Source: Callorhinchus milii
Lineage: Eukaryota
DNA: 64,000 nt
NCBI RefSeq assembly: GCF_018977255.1
Contig: NW_024704742.1
Span: 136,278,001-136,342,000 of the forward strand
Direction: 5' to 3'
Shown here in pieces: positions 11,975 through 26,205 of the stretch; position 1 is the stretch's first letter, and every line of letters begins with the position of its first letter. Under the pieces are notes generated by a model. The model was not told the DNA's origin. It saw only the letters and a list, made by a program, of their open reading frames with translations, and did no database searches. Position numbers and translations under genes: made by a program.

Positions 11975-12447
11975 CGCATTCTTACCCGCACCAAACTCCA
12001 CTCGCCGATCCCCCCAGTCCTGGCCAGACTGCACTGGCTGCCTGTCCCAGAGAGGATTGACTTCAAGATCCTCACTCGTCTTCAAATCCCTCCACTCCTC
12101 TGCACCCCCCCCACCTCTCTGACCTCCTTTCTCCTCACAACAGTGCCCGTCGCCTTCGCTCCACCAGGTCTGGCCTCCTCTTTGTCCCCCGAGTCCTCCA
12201 CTCCACCCTCGGCGGCCATGCCTTCAGCCACTATGCTCTGAGGTTCTGAAACTCCCTTCCTCACTCCCTTCGCCTCACCCCCTCTCTTCCTATTTTCAGG
12301 TCTCGGCTGAAGACCTTTCTTTTCAACCGCGCCTTAGGTCACCTTCCTCCCTCCCCGTGGCTCGGCCCCGAGATCCGTCACTGTGAAGCGCTCTGAGATG
12401 GCGCCCGGCGTGGAGGGCGCCATATAAATCCAAGTTGTTGTTGTTAT
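11975..12447 (+). mobile_element. L2-clade LINE 3' fragment, inverted relative to 10311-10822
   Basis: RILTRTKLHSPIPPVLARLHWLPVPERIDFKIL; (TTG)n tail. Confidence 0.85.
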
Positions 12448-12849
12448 TGTAGCAGCCAATTGGCAAAGCAGTGTCCCACAAACAGCCGTGGATTGCATGA
12501 CTAAATTATTATTATTATTTTTGAAGGGATTAATTCCTCCGGAAAAGCGATCTGCCATTCGACTAACATCCGGATTCCTACTTACTGCGAGGTAAACAGA
12601 GACGTGTGGTGTAAGGAAACTTCCCTAAGGTTTTGCCCTGAAATAAAAATATTAATACCAATCCTTGCATTCGGTACAGCACCTTATCACGTCAATGAGA
12701 CGTCACAAAGCGCTTCACGGAATATATCGTGAAGTGAATTAACTGTGTATCTTGCGGGCGAAACGCAGCAGCCAATTGGGGATTATCATCCCATGATAAT
12801 TAATTAATTAAACAATTGATTAAATGATTAGTTGATTGAAGAAACCCAG

Positions 12850-13560
12850 GAGGGGACGCCGAGAGCAGAGTTCGCCGTCCCTTTTTCTTCGCCAACCGCC
12901 TCGCTGGGCTGACGGAAAAAACGGGAGCGAAAAATAAACTCGGGCGACGATACAAGTCACAGACCAAAAAAAAGTACAGCCGATATTTTGTGAGTTATTC
13001 ACAGTACGTTCCGCGCGGCGCTTTGGAGAGGTCTCGGTGAGGACGCGACGACCGCTGTCGTCATTAAGAATAATCCGTAAAAAATATCAACTCGGAAACG
13101 CTTCACCAGGATGTGCCGTAAAGTGTAGTGACTGTTGTCTTTTCTTTTTGCGCGGGCGATAACGCGGCAGCCGACTCCGCGGGGCAGCGTCGCCCACAAA
13201 CAGCCGCGGATTCAAGCCACCAAACTATTATTATTATTTTTTTTAAAAAATCTCATTAAAATATAATTTATTTTAAAAAAGAATTGTTTTTTTTTAAAAA
13301 AAGCAGGAAAACAATGAGATGAAATAAATAAGAACAAAACGATATTAGAGGAAGAAAACGCCGAGAAACCCCTCCCCCCCCGTCTCACCCTCGGTAACCG
13401 TCACTTTCTCCAACTTTCCTTTTAAAAGATAACGGACTTTCGAGACCACTGCTGTTTGAAATCGCCGGCCTTCGCGCGCTCGGTTTCACGCCCCTCCTCT
13501 ACGCCCCCCACCCGCATCGGGCGGTTTCACGCCCGAATTAGGCGGTTGCGCTCTCTCTCG
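12850..13560 (-). promoter_or_regulatory. CpG-rich island, candidate ELAC1 promoter / non-coding first exon
   Basis: Local CpG enrichment between the ME2 3' end and ELAC1; two copies of CGGTTTCACGCCC (13481, 13522; Sp/KLF-type GGGCGTG); minus-strand donor GG|GTGAGA at 13389/13388. Confidence 0.45.
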
Positions 13561-14844
13561 CTGCTTTGTGCTTGAAGCTATATATATATATACAACTCCT
13601 TATCATGTCATTGAGACGTTTCAAAGCGCTTCACAGGATACGCTAAAGCAAAGCCTTGAGACCCTAAAAGACGTGAAAAGCGCTATATCAAATGCAAGGA
13701 TTATTATTATTTTATTATTATTTATTATCGTACACTGTAAAGGGGAATGACTGTAAATTGCAGGCGAACGCAGCAGCTAATTTGCGTGCAGCAGTGGCCC
13801 CCCCCAAACAGCCATGGAGTGAGTGACCAATTTTATTTGGGGGATCTTTTTGGACAGGATACGATAAAACCACTTCCCTCACCCACCCCCTCTTAATCTC
13901 TTTTAATCTTAATCTTAATCTCTTAACCATGTCTCTTAATCTCTTTTTTTTTATTGTCGGATAGGTGTCTCAGCCCCATGGAAAACAGCCATCATGTGTC
14001 CAAAGAATACCCAAACCAGCCAATTCCAGAGGGCGTGAGGCACAGTTGGCAAGAGCCAAGGATTGAAAACCCAAGGGTCCTCTGAGAGCGTAACTCCTGG
14101 AGTTACCACAGCTTGCCATTGAAAACAAACGTCGAGCAAGCTTCCCACTGCTTATCCAGCTCGGAAGATTGAACTGGGTAGGGAGTTAAAGCATTATGAG
14201 CCCCTGACAAAGTACAGTAAGTCCAAGTCAACCTGGTTCAGTTGGAAGTGCTCTTGCCTTAGATCAGAAGGTTCTGGGTTTAGGCTCCATGTCATAAATC
14301 TGAACTCAGTCTTGGCTGATAATGCAGCGCTGGAGGTGCCATCCTTTCAGAGATGTTAAACGGAGTTCTCAGCTGCCTTTCCAGGTTGGTGATGAAGGTT
14401 CCAGGGTAGTAAAAAAAAAAGTTCTCTTAAAAAGAGAAAGGAGTTCCTCCCGGTGTCTTGGTGTCCTGGCTAACAATCCCACAGATAAAATGGTCTATTC
14501 GCTTTACGGCTGTTACTGTGCATAGATTTGGCTGTCAAGAATTTTGACAAGAATGCACTCTTCACGTCAGGATGACATCCCAAAGCACCTGGATAGGCAC
14601 CTAAACTAGGATGCCCTGAATAATATGTGCTCTGAATGAGAGTAGGGATAGAGTCAGAGGGACTCCGGGATGGTGTTCCAGAGAGCAGCTGCAGAATGGC
14701 TGAAAGGTTGCTGACAGTGGAGAAGACAGGACAGGGACATGAGGCAGGTTGATGCTCGCTGAGCAAAGGGAGTGGCCGGGTCAAGAGGGTTGAGGAGATT
14801 GCAGAGATCCACTGGAGGATAGAGAGCCAAAGCAGCCGAGCGAC

Positions 14845-15202
14845 AATAATAATAATAATCCTTGCATTTGATATAGCGCCTTATCACATCTTCGAGAAAT
14901 CTCGAAACGCTTCGCAGAATATACTGTAAAGTGACTGTACATTTTGTGGCCAAAACACAGCAGCCAATTGCTGTGTCCCATTTATTAGTGACCAATTTAT
15001 TATTTTATTTGTTTATTTATTTTTTAGAGGGGACTTTTATTCCCAGAAAAGCTTTCTGCCAATCGCCCAAAACCAGGTTCCTATATAGGTAAACAGAGGT
15101 GTGTGGAGTAAGGAAACCTGCCCAATGTTTCGTCTTGTCCAGGAATCAAACCCAGGTCTCTCGCTTGCAAGGCGAGTGCTCTAACCACTGAGCTACAGGA
15201 CT
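14845..15202 (-). mobile_element. Older, longer-subfamily SINE
   Basis: Diverged head, core and tail, plus an extra internal segment. Confidence 0.8.
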
Positions 15203-15755
15203 TCTACGTGGGGGTGATAGGCTCACAGAGACACAAGGCTTTGTGCTAATAGCAGGAATGATTATTACCACAAGTTGAAGTGAATCTTTGCTGTCTCTAA
15301 ATGTCCGTGGTTATGAACCAATCTACTATCCACTGCTCATGGTCTGTTCATGTCGCCACTATCTTTCTGAAACAATAACAAATTACACATGTACAGCGTC
15401 TTTCACGTCACGGGGACGACCCAAGGCATTGGACAGTTAGGGGTTTGTACCCGAGCTGGGGGCTGGGATCAGGAGGGTATGGGAGGGCAGAGGGGGTAGG
15501 GGTAGGAGGGTGACCGATGATGAAACTGGCTGTTGTGAATTGGACAGCATATCCGACAGTGGTGACAAGAATACATAAAGATTGCTGACAAAGCCAACCA
15601 TCTGCAGCAAAATGTAGAGATGTTTAGGATACAGCCTTGCTGGAGAAAGGAAATACTGTATTCTGGGTTTCCGCTTGAGATCATTCACGCAATAACTCGC
15701 TTTGTTCGGCTTGGCAAACAGGACCGACAGTTGCACCAGTCTTTTTAAAATAAAC

Positions 15756-15761
15756 TTTATT
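15756..15761 (-). terminator. Candidate distal ME2 polyadenylation signal (a more proximal AATAAA lies at 17613-17618)
   Basis: AATAAA on minus strand downstream of the ME2 stop; motif only. Confidence 0.35.
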
Positions 15762-17947
15762 CCAAGATAAGCAAAGACACGTTATACCAATTAAAAAATT
15801 GCACCACATGAACCTCATTTCACACTTTACGTCCAATATATAAGTCACATTAACCGATCACATGAAACCTCCAAAACATAAGGAAAAAATTGGTTAGGGT
15901 GAGAAAGAGGACGACTGATGGAAAATAATTCAATACTATTCTCAACACTTAAGGACTAGCCAGCCGGTATTACATAAGTTAACCTGTAAAAGTTGAACTC
16001 TTTCCACAAAGTGCACATTGTTACAATAACAAGACTTGCCGTTCATTTTCAGGGTTGCAGACAATCTCCATTTGCACAGAAACTGCATCAAACTCCAGTG
16101 GTAAAGATCGAAGAGGGGACAATCTTTCACTCACTTTTACTTCTTAAAATACCTTTGCCTTACAGATTTGCTTATAGGCTCTCAAATAATGCTGGTATCT
16201 CAAGCTGTCACATCAAAGCCACCCTACACTGTATCACAGCCTTAGACATGGATCAAGAGGCTCAATGGACTCCTTTAACATTGGCTTCAGGAACTTATTT
16301 GCCCAGAAATCTTGTGGACTGAAGGGACGGGTGGCATTTGGCCAACTATTATGTGCAACATGTGAGCACTCATGATTTTAACAGAAAAACTGATATTTGT
16401 CAATTTGAAGCCAGCTAGTTTTTTTCTGCATGAAGTACAATAAGAACAAATTACACTTATGTAGCGCCTTTCATGTCAGAAGAACGTCCCAAGGCGCTGG
16501 ACAGTCAGTGGTCCACACCCGAGCTGGTGGTTGGGATAAGGAGGGGTGGAGGGCGGGGAGGGTAGGGGCAGCAAGGTGACCAAAGACACGGTCTTGAAGA
16601 AAAGGGAGCGAGGCGGAGGGACTGTGGGATGGAGTTCCAGAGGGTGGGGGACAAAAGGCTGAAGACCTGCCTGCCAATAGTGGGGCCGGCAGGGGGGGGG
16701 ACATGAAGCAGGTCGGAGCCCGCTGAGCGGAGGGAGTGGACAGGTTGGTAGGCGGTTAGAAGGTCACAGAGGTAGGGAGCAAGGCCATGCAGGGCTTTGA
16801 AGGTGAGGGCTAGGATCTTTAACACGTCATCACTTGCCATTATTTGTCTACGTACCAATTCACAGTATCTAAACTGATTCCCTTAATTTCATTGCACAAG
16901 ATACTGGAGAAGTGGAAAACTAAAAACTAAATTTATATGTAAATAAAACCAAAGATTTCTCAATTTTCCCACATCTAACAAGCACACTTAATCACTGCAG
17001 CCCTATCCCTTTGTTAGCCACTTCAAGTGCTTTCGTCTCTCCAAGGGCAGTCTAGAACACACAGGGCAGTCTACTCAAATATTTACAGCAAACCCGATAT
17101 TACAGTTATATTTAAATAGTGCAGCACCTCCTGAAATAGTGCCATGAGCAGTCATGATCACAAACCTACCACGTTAGGAAAGAGTCAGTCCTGCCATCAC
17201 CTCTCTTATTAAAAAAAATCATTCATTCATTCCTTTCACCGCTGCACATAGATGGTAAAGAAGGCACTGCACCGCTCTCCCCTGATTTCCGAAACCACTC
17301 ATAAAGGGACTTTTAACAATAAATTACCAACAATTTGGACAGGGGTGGAAAAAGAAATAATGTCACAACTCAAATACTATGGTTCACACTGACAGTGTAA
17401 ACATGGCTTCGATATTGCTCCACTCCAGCAATGCGAACACAGCAATACCAAATGTGCAAAACATTATGGGAACACCTTAATGAAGCATCTCAACATTTAG
17501 ACATACTAAGTATTCTTAAAACAGAAGCTGCATTTATGTTAAAGAGGGAGCAAATAGGATTTGTCAGAGGGAGAGGTGGGTCAAATGTTTTTGTCGAGTG
17601 CAAATCAGTCTCTTTATTCTCTACTGAAACGTCAACACATCTTGAACTGAAGGTAGAGGAAAACTAGTTCAGCGCTATAACTTAGTGGGTTATGAGAGAG
17701 ATAGAACTCCTCGTGAGTTTAACAAATACAGAAACCGTTACTTTCCAATAAAAATATTAAATGACCAAAGTTTAGTAAAAATCTCGAAGAAGAAGGCTTT
17801 TCATATGTGAAATTATTTTAAATGTTACTTAACCCAAAATAAAATTTGGCAAGTGAGATCTAGGAGCAGTTAGATACCAGTAAAGACAACATATTCAGTG
17901 TAGTTTTTGTACTGACGGTCCCTTCTTCAGCAAGATAAGTGCTATTA

Positions 17948-18109
17948 CTAATTATTTGTCATTTTCGTTACAGATTCTGGCCAGTCGTAAACATCAGGCA
18001 GAAAGGACTCGTAGTCTGTCCGCCAGAGTTTTCTTCGAATGTACTCCTCCTTGTTCTTGGGCTCTGGGTATTGGAAAGCCATTTTGTTCGAATACAAGAA
18101 CTCTGCCAC
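17948..18109 (-). CDS. ME2: ME2 coding exon 15 (terminal)
   Basis: VAEFLYSNKMAFQYPEP...WRTDYESFLPDVYDWPESVTKMTNN, stop TAG. Spliced CDS is 1749 nt, i.e. 582 aa. Confidence 0.95.
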   Translation of the reverse strand: MAEFLYSNKMAFQYPEPKNKEEYIRRKLWRTDYESFLPDVYDWPESVTKMTNN

Positions 18110-18237
18110 CTGCAACAAAGCGAGACGGTGAACGCAAAAATTATCCAATAATAAGTAACATTCCTTACACTTGATATAGAGTCTATAATGTCAAAATATC
18201 TTGGGAGCACTTCACAGGGAATTTCTATCAAGTATGG

Positions 18238-19043
18238 GCTTCAAGACTGAGGCACTGATTGGCTCGCGCCAGCGCCTCTGCATCTCAGGCTCAGGCAACA
18301 TCAACCTCCATGGTTGCACAGTACAACTCACTGCCAGTCAGGAACCTCGGTGTCTTGTTCGACCCTCAACTGTCTTTTCTTCCCCACATTCAAACTATGA
18401 CCCGCTCTGCCTTCCCTCACCTCCATAACATTGCCCGACTCCGCCACTACCTCTCCCCTCAGGCCGCTGAAACTCTTGTTCATGCCTTCATCACCTCCAG
18501 GCTGCAAATGCTCTGCTTGTCGGCCTTCCCAACTCCTCCCTCCACTGCCTGCAGATAATCCAGAACTCTGCAGCCCGTGTCCTCCCGCACCAAACTCCGT
18601 GACCCCATCTCCCCCACTCCTCTGGCTCCCTATCCTTCAGAGGATCCAGTTCAAGATCCTGGTCCTCACCTACAAAGCCCTCCATGGCCTCGCCCCACTC
18701 TGCGATCGCCTAAACCCTACCAACCCACCCGTCCCTCCGCTCAGCCGGCTCTGGCCTGCTCCACGTCCCCTGACCCATCCGCCCCACCATTGACCGGAGA
18801 GCCTTCAGCCACTCTGCCCCCAGCCTCTGGAATTCCATCCCCCAGTCACTCCGCCTCGCCCCCTCCTCAACCTCCTTCAAGTCCCGCCTCAACACCCTCC
18901 TCTTCGACCATGCCATCGGCCCCCCTTCCCCTCCCCTCTCCCCCCGACCCCAGCTCGGGTCTGAAATGCTGTGCACTGTCCAGCACCTTGGGATGTCCTC
19001 CCGACGTGTAAGGTGTTATACAAATATAATCTTGTTGTTGTTG
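18238..19043 (+). mobile_element. L2 LINE 3' fragment
   Basis: VRNLGVLFD...AETLVHAFITSRL...IQFKIL; frameshifted; 3' hairpin and (TTG)n tail. Confidence 0.88.
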
Positions 19044-19716
19044 TAAGCCTTCAGCAGCCAATTTTAAGGGCAATTGTGAGAAACTCTTTTCTCAATAGTA
19101 TCAAGAATCTTAACGTACACTTAATAGGCAGACGGAACCCCAGGTTTTAAAGGCTTAACGAATGTACAGTATATCGAAAAATGGAGCACATATCGGCATT
19201 ACTGACCTGTTTGCTCCCTCTGCTCGCCAGGCCCTGGCCCACTCCACATCCTGTGCTCAGCCCGGCCCACCAACGGCAGTCGGGCTTTCAGCCTTTCTGC
19301 CCCCACCCTTTGGAACTCCATCTCACAGTCCCTTCGCCTTGTTTCCTCCCTGCCCCCTTTCAAGGCACGTCTCAAGTTCTTCTTGTTTGACCGCACCTAG
19401 GGTCACCCTCCGACCCTCCCTGCCCTCCACCCCTCCTGATCCCAAACCCCTGCTCGGGTCCCAATCTTTGACTGTTCAACGCCTTGGGACGTCCTCCTGA
19501 TGTGAAAGGCGCTATACAAATGTAATTTGATGTTGTTTCATCAGGTCATTTCCCATAAAGAACCGAAATGAGTCCCAGAGTACATCCTTCAGGATTTTTG
19601 AATGAAGGAGAGCAGGATAACAAGGTATTGAGGTGTGGTTATCTTCAAACCTCAACAGGTCACTTAGTGCAATTGGTATCTTATGCTTAAACAATTAAAA
19701 ATAAAAATGCACTCAC

Positions 19717-19815
19717 CTTAACTGCAATGCGGATGGAGACTTCATGAATATTAGACATGTGTGGGTAAAGTCCACCTTCCTCCAGTTCCTTATCGGTCAC
19801 CTGCTCAGCTAATGT
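19717..19815 (-). CDS. ME2: ME2 coding exon 14
   Basis: TLAEQVTDKELEEGGLYPHMSNIHEVSIRIAVK; 99 nt. Confidence 0.93.
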
Positions 19816-20676
19816 CTGTGGGTGGTTAAGAAAGATTATGCAGGACTGATTTTAAAGCCTCCTGGTGCACAGTAGGAGAATGGCACCATTGAATTAAAAT
19901 GATATTTTAAAGCAATTTCAACCACAAACTGCAACACCACATCAAACGACTGCAGCTTCAGTAGCCAACTCTAAGGTTAATTCTCCTTGAAAACTGCAGA
20001 TTGTAGACGATATGGATATGGAGGCAAAGTGAACAAACAAAGACAAATGGAACTTATAGAAACAGAAGTAGGCCATTCTGTCCTGCAAGCCTGTTCCACT
20101 ATTCTATTAGCTCGTGGCTGATCTGTACCTCAAGTAATAATTAAAAATGGGGGGGGGAATAGAAGAGATAGAAAAACTGCGCGGTCCATCCTTTTTCAAA
20201 AATAAAACAGGACCCAAACTCAGACACCTCAGGCCCTTTTTACTTTAAAAATAAACAGCTCTCTACAGGAGAGCGCTCACCTCATAATATAGCTCTCATC
20301 TCACCCAATCAATGCTCCAATGAGTACAAGGATGTTTGAACTCTGACCGGAATTTGAAGAGGACTGTCGGGATGAAAAAGGCCCTTCAGCCAATTTGATC
20401 GCCACCTCCTAGAATACTCATGCAAAACTTTATTACAGCTTCAAAACATTTCTCAAATGAGACCAGCATCCTGACCTCAACCACTCTTCCTTGTAACCCA
20501 GTCAACTGTTAATTAGCCTCCGAGTAAAGGAATCTCCAGCTAAGATTGGAACAAAAACCTTTAGAGCTACAAAGCTCCCTGTACTAACACTGGAGTTTGT
20601 GGGTAGAGGGTGTCAGTGAGAAGACTATTTTGTCTCTCAATTCAAATGCCACTTCATGAAAATCTGAACTACAAAC

Positions 20677-20747
20677 CTTAGACGCTTCCAAGAAGACCTC
20701 ATCACTGATATGACGGGCCTTACTTGAGATCACCCCCAATGCCACAC
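20677..20747 (-). CDS. ME2: ME2 coding exon 13
   Basis: VALGVISSKARHISDEVFLEASK; 71 nt; AG/GT boundaries. Confidence 0.93.
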
Positions 20748-21424
20748 CTGCAATGGGAAACGGCTACATGTAATGATGGTAAGATGACAACACTGAATAA
20801 ATGTAAAAATAAAAGGAATGGGTATTTGAGAAAGAATTGCTTACAGATTATGTTCAGTTAAAAATAACGTTTCAAACAAGATATTAAACATTAAATAATT
20901 TTGCTTATTCACTCGGGGCGGGGAAATCACAAACTGAGTTTCTTCAAAGGCACTGACTTTACAGACAGGAGTAAAATTCCTAGAGTCCATCAATGGCATC
21001 AAACTACTTCAACATAAATATATCCGAAGGGCTTAGTTGATAAATACAGCAAATTGTGTTTACATAGCCCTTTCATGTCAGGAGATGTCCCAAGGCCCTG
21101 GATAATCGAGTGGGGACAGATAGGCTGAAAGCCTAATTGCCAATGGTAGAGGGGAGTAAATATGAACTCAGGCCAGTGCAAAACTAAAACATCAACAACA
21201 TTAAATTTGTATAGCACCTTACATGTCAGGAGGATGTCCCAAGGTGCTGGACAGACAGTTTCGGACCCGAGCTGGGGTTCAGGATCAGGGAGGGTGGAGG
21301 GCGGGGGATGGGGTGGGGGAAGTAGGGAGATCGAAAGCACAGTCAAAGAGGAGGGTCTTGAGATGGGTCTTCAAGGAGGCAAGGGAGGGGTTTTTTCTTC
21401 AAAAAAAACCTCTTGACTCAGTGC

Positions 21425-22740
21425 AACAACAAGATTCCATTTATAGAGCGCCTTTCACGTCGGGAGGACGTCCCAAGGCGCTGTACAGTTGGGTCAGGAC
21501 CCGAGCATTGGGGGGAAATGGTCAGGGTGAGGGAAGGGAGGGAGTGAGGAGGGGGTAGAGAGTCGAGAGGGGAGCTGAAGGCACGGTCAAAGAGAAAGGT
21601 CTTGAGACCGGCCTTGAAGGAGGAAAGGGAGGAGGCGGCGAAGGCACTAGGGATGGAGTTCCAGAGCCTCGGGGCTGAGAGGCTGAAGGCCCGGCCACCG
21701 ATGGTAGGGCAGTTGGGGTAGGGGATGTGGAGCAGACCGGAGCCAGAGGAACGGAGGGTACGGGCAGCTAAGTAGGGGGATAGTAGGTCAGAGAGGTAGG
21801 AGGGAGCAAGGCCGTGAATGGACTTGTAAGTGAGGATGAGGATCTTGAATTCGATCCTCTGGGGGATGGGGAGCCAGTGGAGGCGAGCGAGGGTGGGAGT
21901 GATGTGGTCACGAAGCCTGGTGCGGGACAGTACACGACCTGCAGCTTGTGGAGGGAGGTGCCTGGAAGGCCGGCGAGGAGAGAGTTCCCATAGTGAGGGG
22001 TGAGGTAGTGCCATAGTCTGGGGATGTTTCGGAGGTGATGGAAGGCGGTGCCAATTGTGGCGCGGATATGAGGAAGAAAGGACAGCTCAGGGTCGAACAG
22101 AACACCGAGGTTCCTGACCGGCTTTGAGAGGTAGAGAGTGCAGCCTTGGATGCTGATGCTGTCAGCGGAGGCGCTGACGTGAGCCAATCAGGAGGGCCTC
22201 AGTTTTGCGCACGTTGAGCTGAAGAAAGTTGTCTCTCGTCCAGGACTCGATGTCGGACAGGCAGCTGTCAGGACATCGGTGGTCGTGGAGTTGAGGGTAG
22301 AGGAGGAAAGGTAGAGTTGGGTGTCATCCGCATACATGTGGAAGTTAACCCCAAGTCTGCAGATGATGTCACCGAGGGGGAGCATATAGAGGGTGAAGAG
22401 GAGGGAACCGAGGACAGAGCCCTGAGGGACACCGCACGAGACAGTGCGGGGGGTGGAGGAAAAGCCGTTTGTGGAGACAGTGGGAGAGGTACGACCTGAA
22501 CCACTCAAGGACAGGGTCTTGAAGGTTGAGGTGGGAGGACAAGCGGTGGAGGAGGATAGCATGGTCGACCGTATCGAATGCTGCCGATAGGTCGAGGAGG
22601 ACGAGGAGGCAGAGGGAGCCCTGGTCACAGATGGTCAAGATGTCATTGGTGACCTTGACCAGGGCGGTTTCTGTGCTATGGGCAGCACGGAAACCCGACT
22701 GAAAGGGTTCGAATAATGCATGGGTGGAGAGGAAAGAGCA
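21425..22740 (-). mobile_element. L2 LINE fragment with reverse transcriptase motifs
   Basis: [36 protein letters not shown] and YADD; broken across several frames. Confidence 0.92.
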
Positions 22741-23604
22741 CAATGGTATGGTTGTGAGCTGGACAGATAAAAATGACCCCGGTTGCTCAGGAGCACCGCT
22801 GAATGAGTGAATGAATGAGCTGAGGAACAATGATGCAGCTAAAAGCGTAGCAACACTCAGCTGATTTTTCTAATAGACATCCAAGGCATATAGGTATCCA
22901 AGTGCTTACATTTAAGTTTCCTTTATGCACCATCACAACTATAAAATTAAAGCAGCTTTATGGTGCCATGAGAGCCTTCCGACTCAATAACAATATATCG
23001 CCCTTCACAATAGGTGGAGCCTGATGTTGAGCCGGGTGTGGGGGTGGGGGTGGGGGGGGGCAGGGAGACGGGGACCTTAAGCAGTCTTCAGTTGTAATCT
23101 AAAAGAGGGGAAGGAGGGGGCAAGGCCGAGGGATTGAGTAGCGGAGTTCCAAAGCTTCGGGGAATAGTGACTGAAAGTGCCTTCGCCAATGGTGAGGGAC
23201 AAGCAGGAGGCCAAAGTCAGCTGAGCGAAGGCAACAGGTAGTGGAGTGGGAGAAAGGAGGTCAGAGCCAATTTTTCATTTAAGCATTGAGTATATTAATT
23301 ACCTAAATAACAGGTAATTATAATAGTTAAATTAAATGAAACAAATTAGCTCTGCACAAGCATGGAGGATGGGTAGAGGGTCGGGTCGGATTTTATACTG
23401 AAATAATTTCTCTTCAGTTAACAAAAATCAGGTACCTTACCAGAAAACAACTTGACTTAAATCTAGAATTGGGATATGTGGACGGACAGTCATTATCACA
23501 GGAATGTAACCATTAGGCTTGTGTTTTATTAATGAAAATCTGCAATCATATGGGCAGTGCAGAAAAATAAATATGCAAAAGCTGCAGTATCATCCCCAGC
23601 ACTA

Positions 23605-24024
<420 letters not shown>

Positions 24025-24812
24025 TTACACTCTCAATCCCTCCGCCTTGCCCCCCCTTCTCTCTCCTCTTTCAAGTCCCGCCTGAACACTTTCCTGTTCG
24101 ACCATGCTTATGGTCATCTCCCCCCGGCTCAGAGTCAGACTCCGGGGGGAGAGTTAAGCACTCTGAGACGCTACCCTGCGTGGAGGGCGCAAGTTGTTCT
24201 TATTGTTGTTGAGATCCAAACTAAGAATTCCGTGCATCCCTCCTATACACGGAAATCCCAGAGATAGATTGTTGGACTGGAATGCGCTCTCTCTTTCCCT
24301 GGAGGGAAGTATCTTCTTACCTAATTCTGGAAAGTGTTAGGCACAGGTTAGCAAGAGCCAAGGCTTGGGGACCTCCAGGGTGTGTAAAATCACACAGCTT
24401 TCCATTGAGAGCAATGTCTGTCAAGCTTTCCTGTCCAGCTAGGATCATCGTACCCAATATGGCTTTGGTTTGCAGGGTTAAAAGGAACTGAGTGGGATGA
24501 TTCCTTGCCCCCAGTGACTGATCTGAAACTCCTGGGTTGCAAACCAAAATTCCTTTTTTATTTAATTGCAGCTCCATAACTGACCAGACGGTGTCACAAG
24601 AGGACAGACATTTTGAGATCTTTCTTTTAACCGCAACAACAAAATCGCATTTGTTTAGCGCAACTGGCTGCCAAGTTTCACCCACAAACCAGTCAATCCA
24701 CTTCACAATGTATTCTGCAAAGCGCTTTAAGACGTCTCAATGATGTGATAAAGCACTATATCAAACCAAAGATTATTATTTGCCCCATCCTACTTCATTT
24801 GGCATTCCATAC

Positions 24813-24955
24813 CTCTGTAATCGTGTATGCGTCCTCTGCACTGCATTCAGCCTTTGTAGTTGGATTACTCAGTGCAAAAATGATGGGACGCTCATTGATG
24901 GTCCCCATGGCACTAATCACTTCCCTGGTGAACAGTCTGCCAGCACCTGCCACTC
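24813..24955 (-). CDS. ME2: ME2 coding exon 11
   Basis: VAGAGRLFT...[29 protein letters not shown]; 143 nt. Confidence 0.96.
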
Positions 24956-25218
24956 CTACAAAACAGATTACACAGAATAAACCTTAAGCGATCAGGGCAC
25001 GTGGCGTTGAACAAATACATTGCAAGCAAAATGACCCGGGTTTGATTCCCAGGTGGGCGAAACCTTAGTCAAGTTTCCTTTCGCAAAACATACAGAAAAT
25101 ACAGTCACTCCACTTTACAGTATATTCTGAGTGCTTTGAGACATTCTCAAAGACGTGATAAGGCGCTATATGCAAGGATTGGTATCATTATTATTTGAGA
25201 AAGCAGTTGGCTCCAAAT

Positions 25219-25930
25219 CAACAACAACAACAAGATTCCATTTATAGAGCGCCTTTCACGTCGGGAGGTCGTCCTAAGGCGCTGGACAGTTGGGTCAGGA
25301 GCTGAGCAGGAGGGAAATGGTCAGGGTGAGGGGAGGGAAGAGAGGGAGCGAGGAGGGGGTAAATGGTCAGGGTGATGGGAGGGAAGGGAGAAGAGGGGGT
25401 AGAGGAGGGGAGCTGAAGGCACAGTCAAAGAGAAAGGTCTTGAGACCGGCCTTGAAGGAGGAAAGGGAGGAGGCGGCAAAGGCACTGGGGGATGGAGTTC
25501 CAGAGCCTCGGGGCTGAGAGGCTGAAGGCCCGGCCACCGATGGTAGGGCGGTTGGGGCGGGGGATGTGGAGCAGACCAGAGCCAGAGGAACGGAGGGTAC
25601 GGGCAGGTAGGTAGGGGGATAGTAGGTCGGAGAGGTAGGAGGGAGCGAGGCCGTGAATGGCCTTGTAGGTGAGGATGAGGATCTTGAATTTGATCCTCTG
25701 GGGGATGGGGAACCAGTGGAGGCGAGCGAGGGTGGGAGTGATGTGGTCGCGAAGCCTGGTGCGGGACAGTACACGAGCTGCAGAGTTCTGAATGACCTGC
25801 AGTGTGGAGGGAGGGCCGGGAAGGCCGGCGAGGAGAGAGTTCCCATAGTCCAGCCTTGAGGTGATAAAGGCGTGGACCAGAGTTTCAGCCGCGTGAGGGG
25901 TGAGGTAGTGCCGTAGTCTAGCGATGTTCC
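25219..25930 (-). mobile_element. L2 LINE 3' fragment
   Basis: Closely similar to 21425-22030. Confidence 0.88.
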
Positions 25931-26090
25931 AAATCAGTTTGTGAAAGCCATTGAGCCGGCGCTCAGCTCCTTTTGAACCTACTACCTTGTTTTTAAAGAA
26001 AATATCAGAATTTTAAGATTCCAATAAAAGACCAGTTGCAGGGTTGCAGACATGCAGACATAGCAGCTAAGTTGAAGCCTCACCACTTAC

Positions 26091-26205
26091 CGATAATCGC
26101 TGTAGGCCGGATTATATTAACTGCATCTAAAAACGTCTTCGCTTGGCGGTTAGGACTTGGTTGGGCAAAGGATTCCTGGTCACTTTGAATCCCCTCTGAA
26201 CGCCC
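26091..26205 (-). CDS. ME2: ME2 coding exon 10
   Basis: GRSEGIQSDQESFAQ...FLDAVNIIRPTAIIG; 115 nt. Confidence 0.94.
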
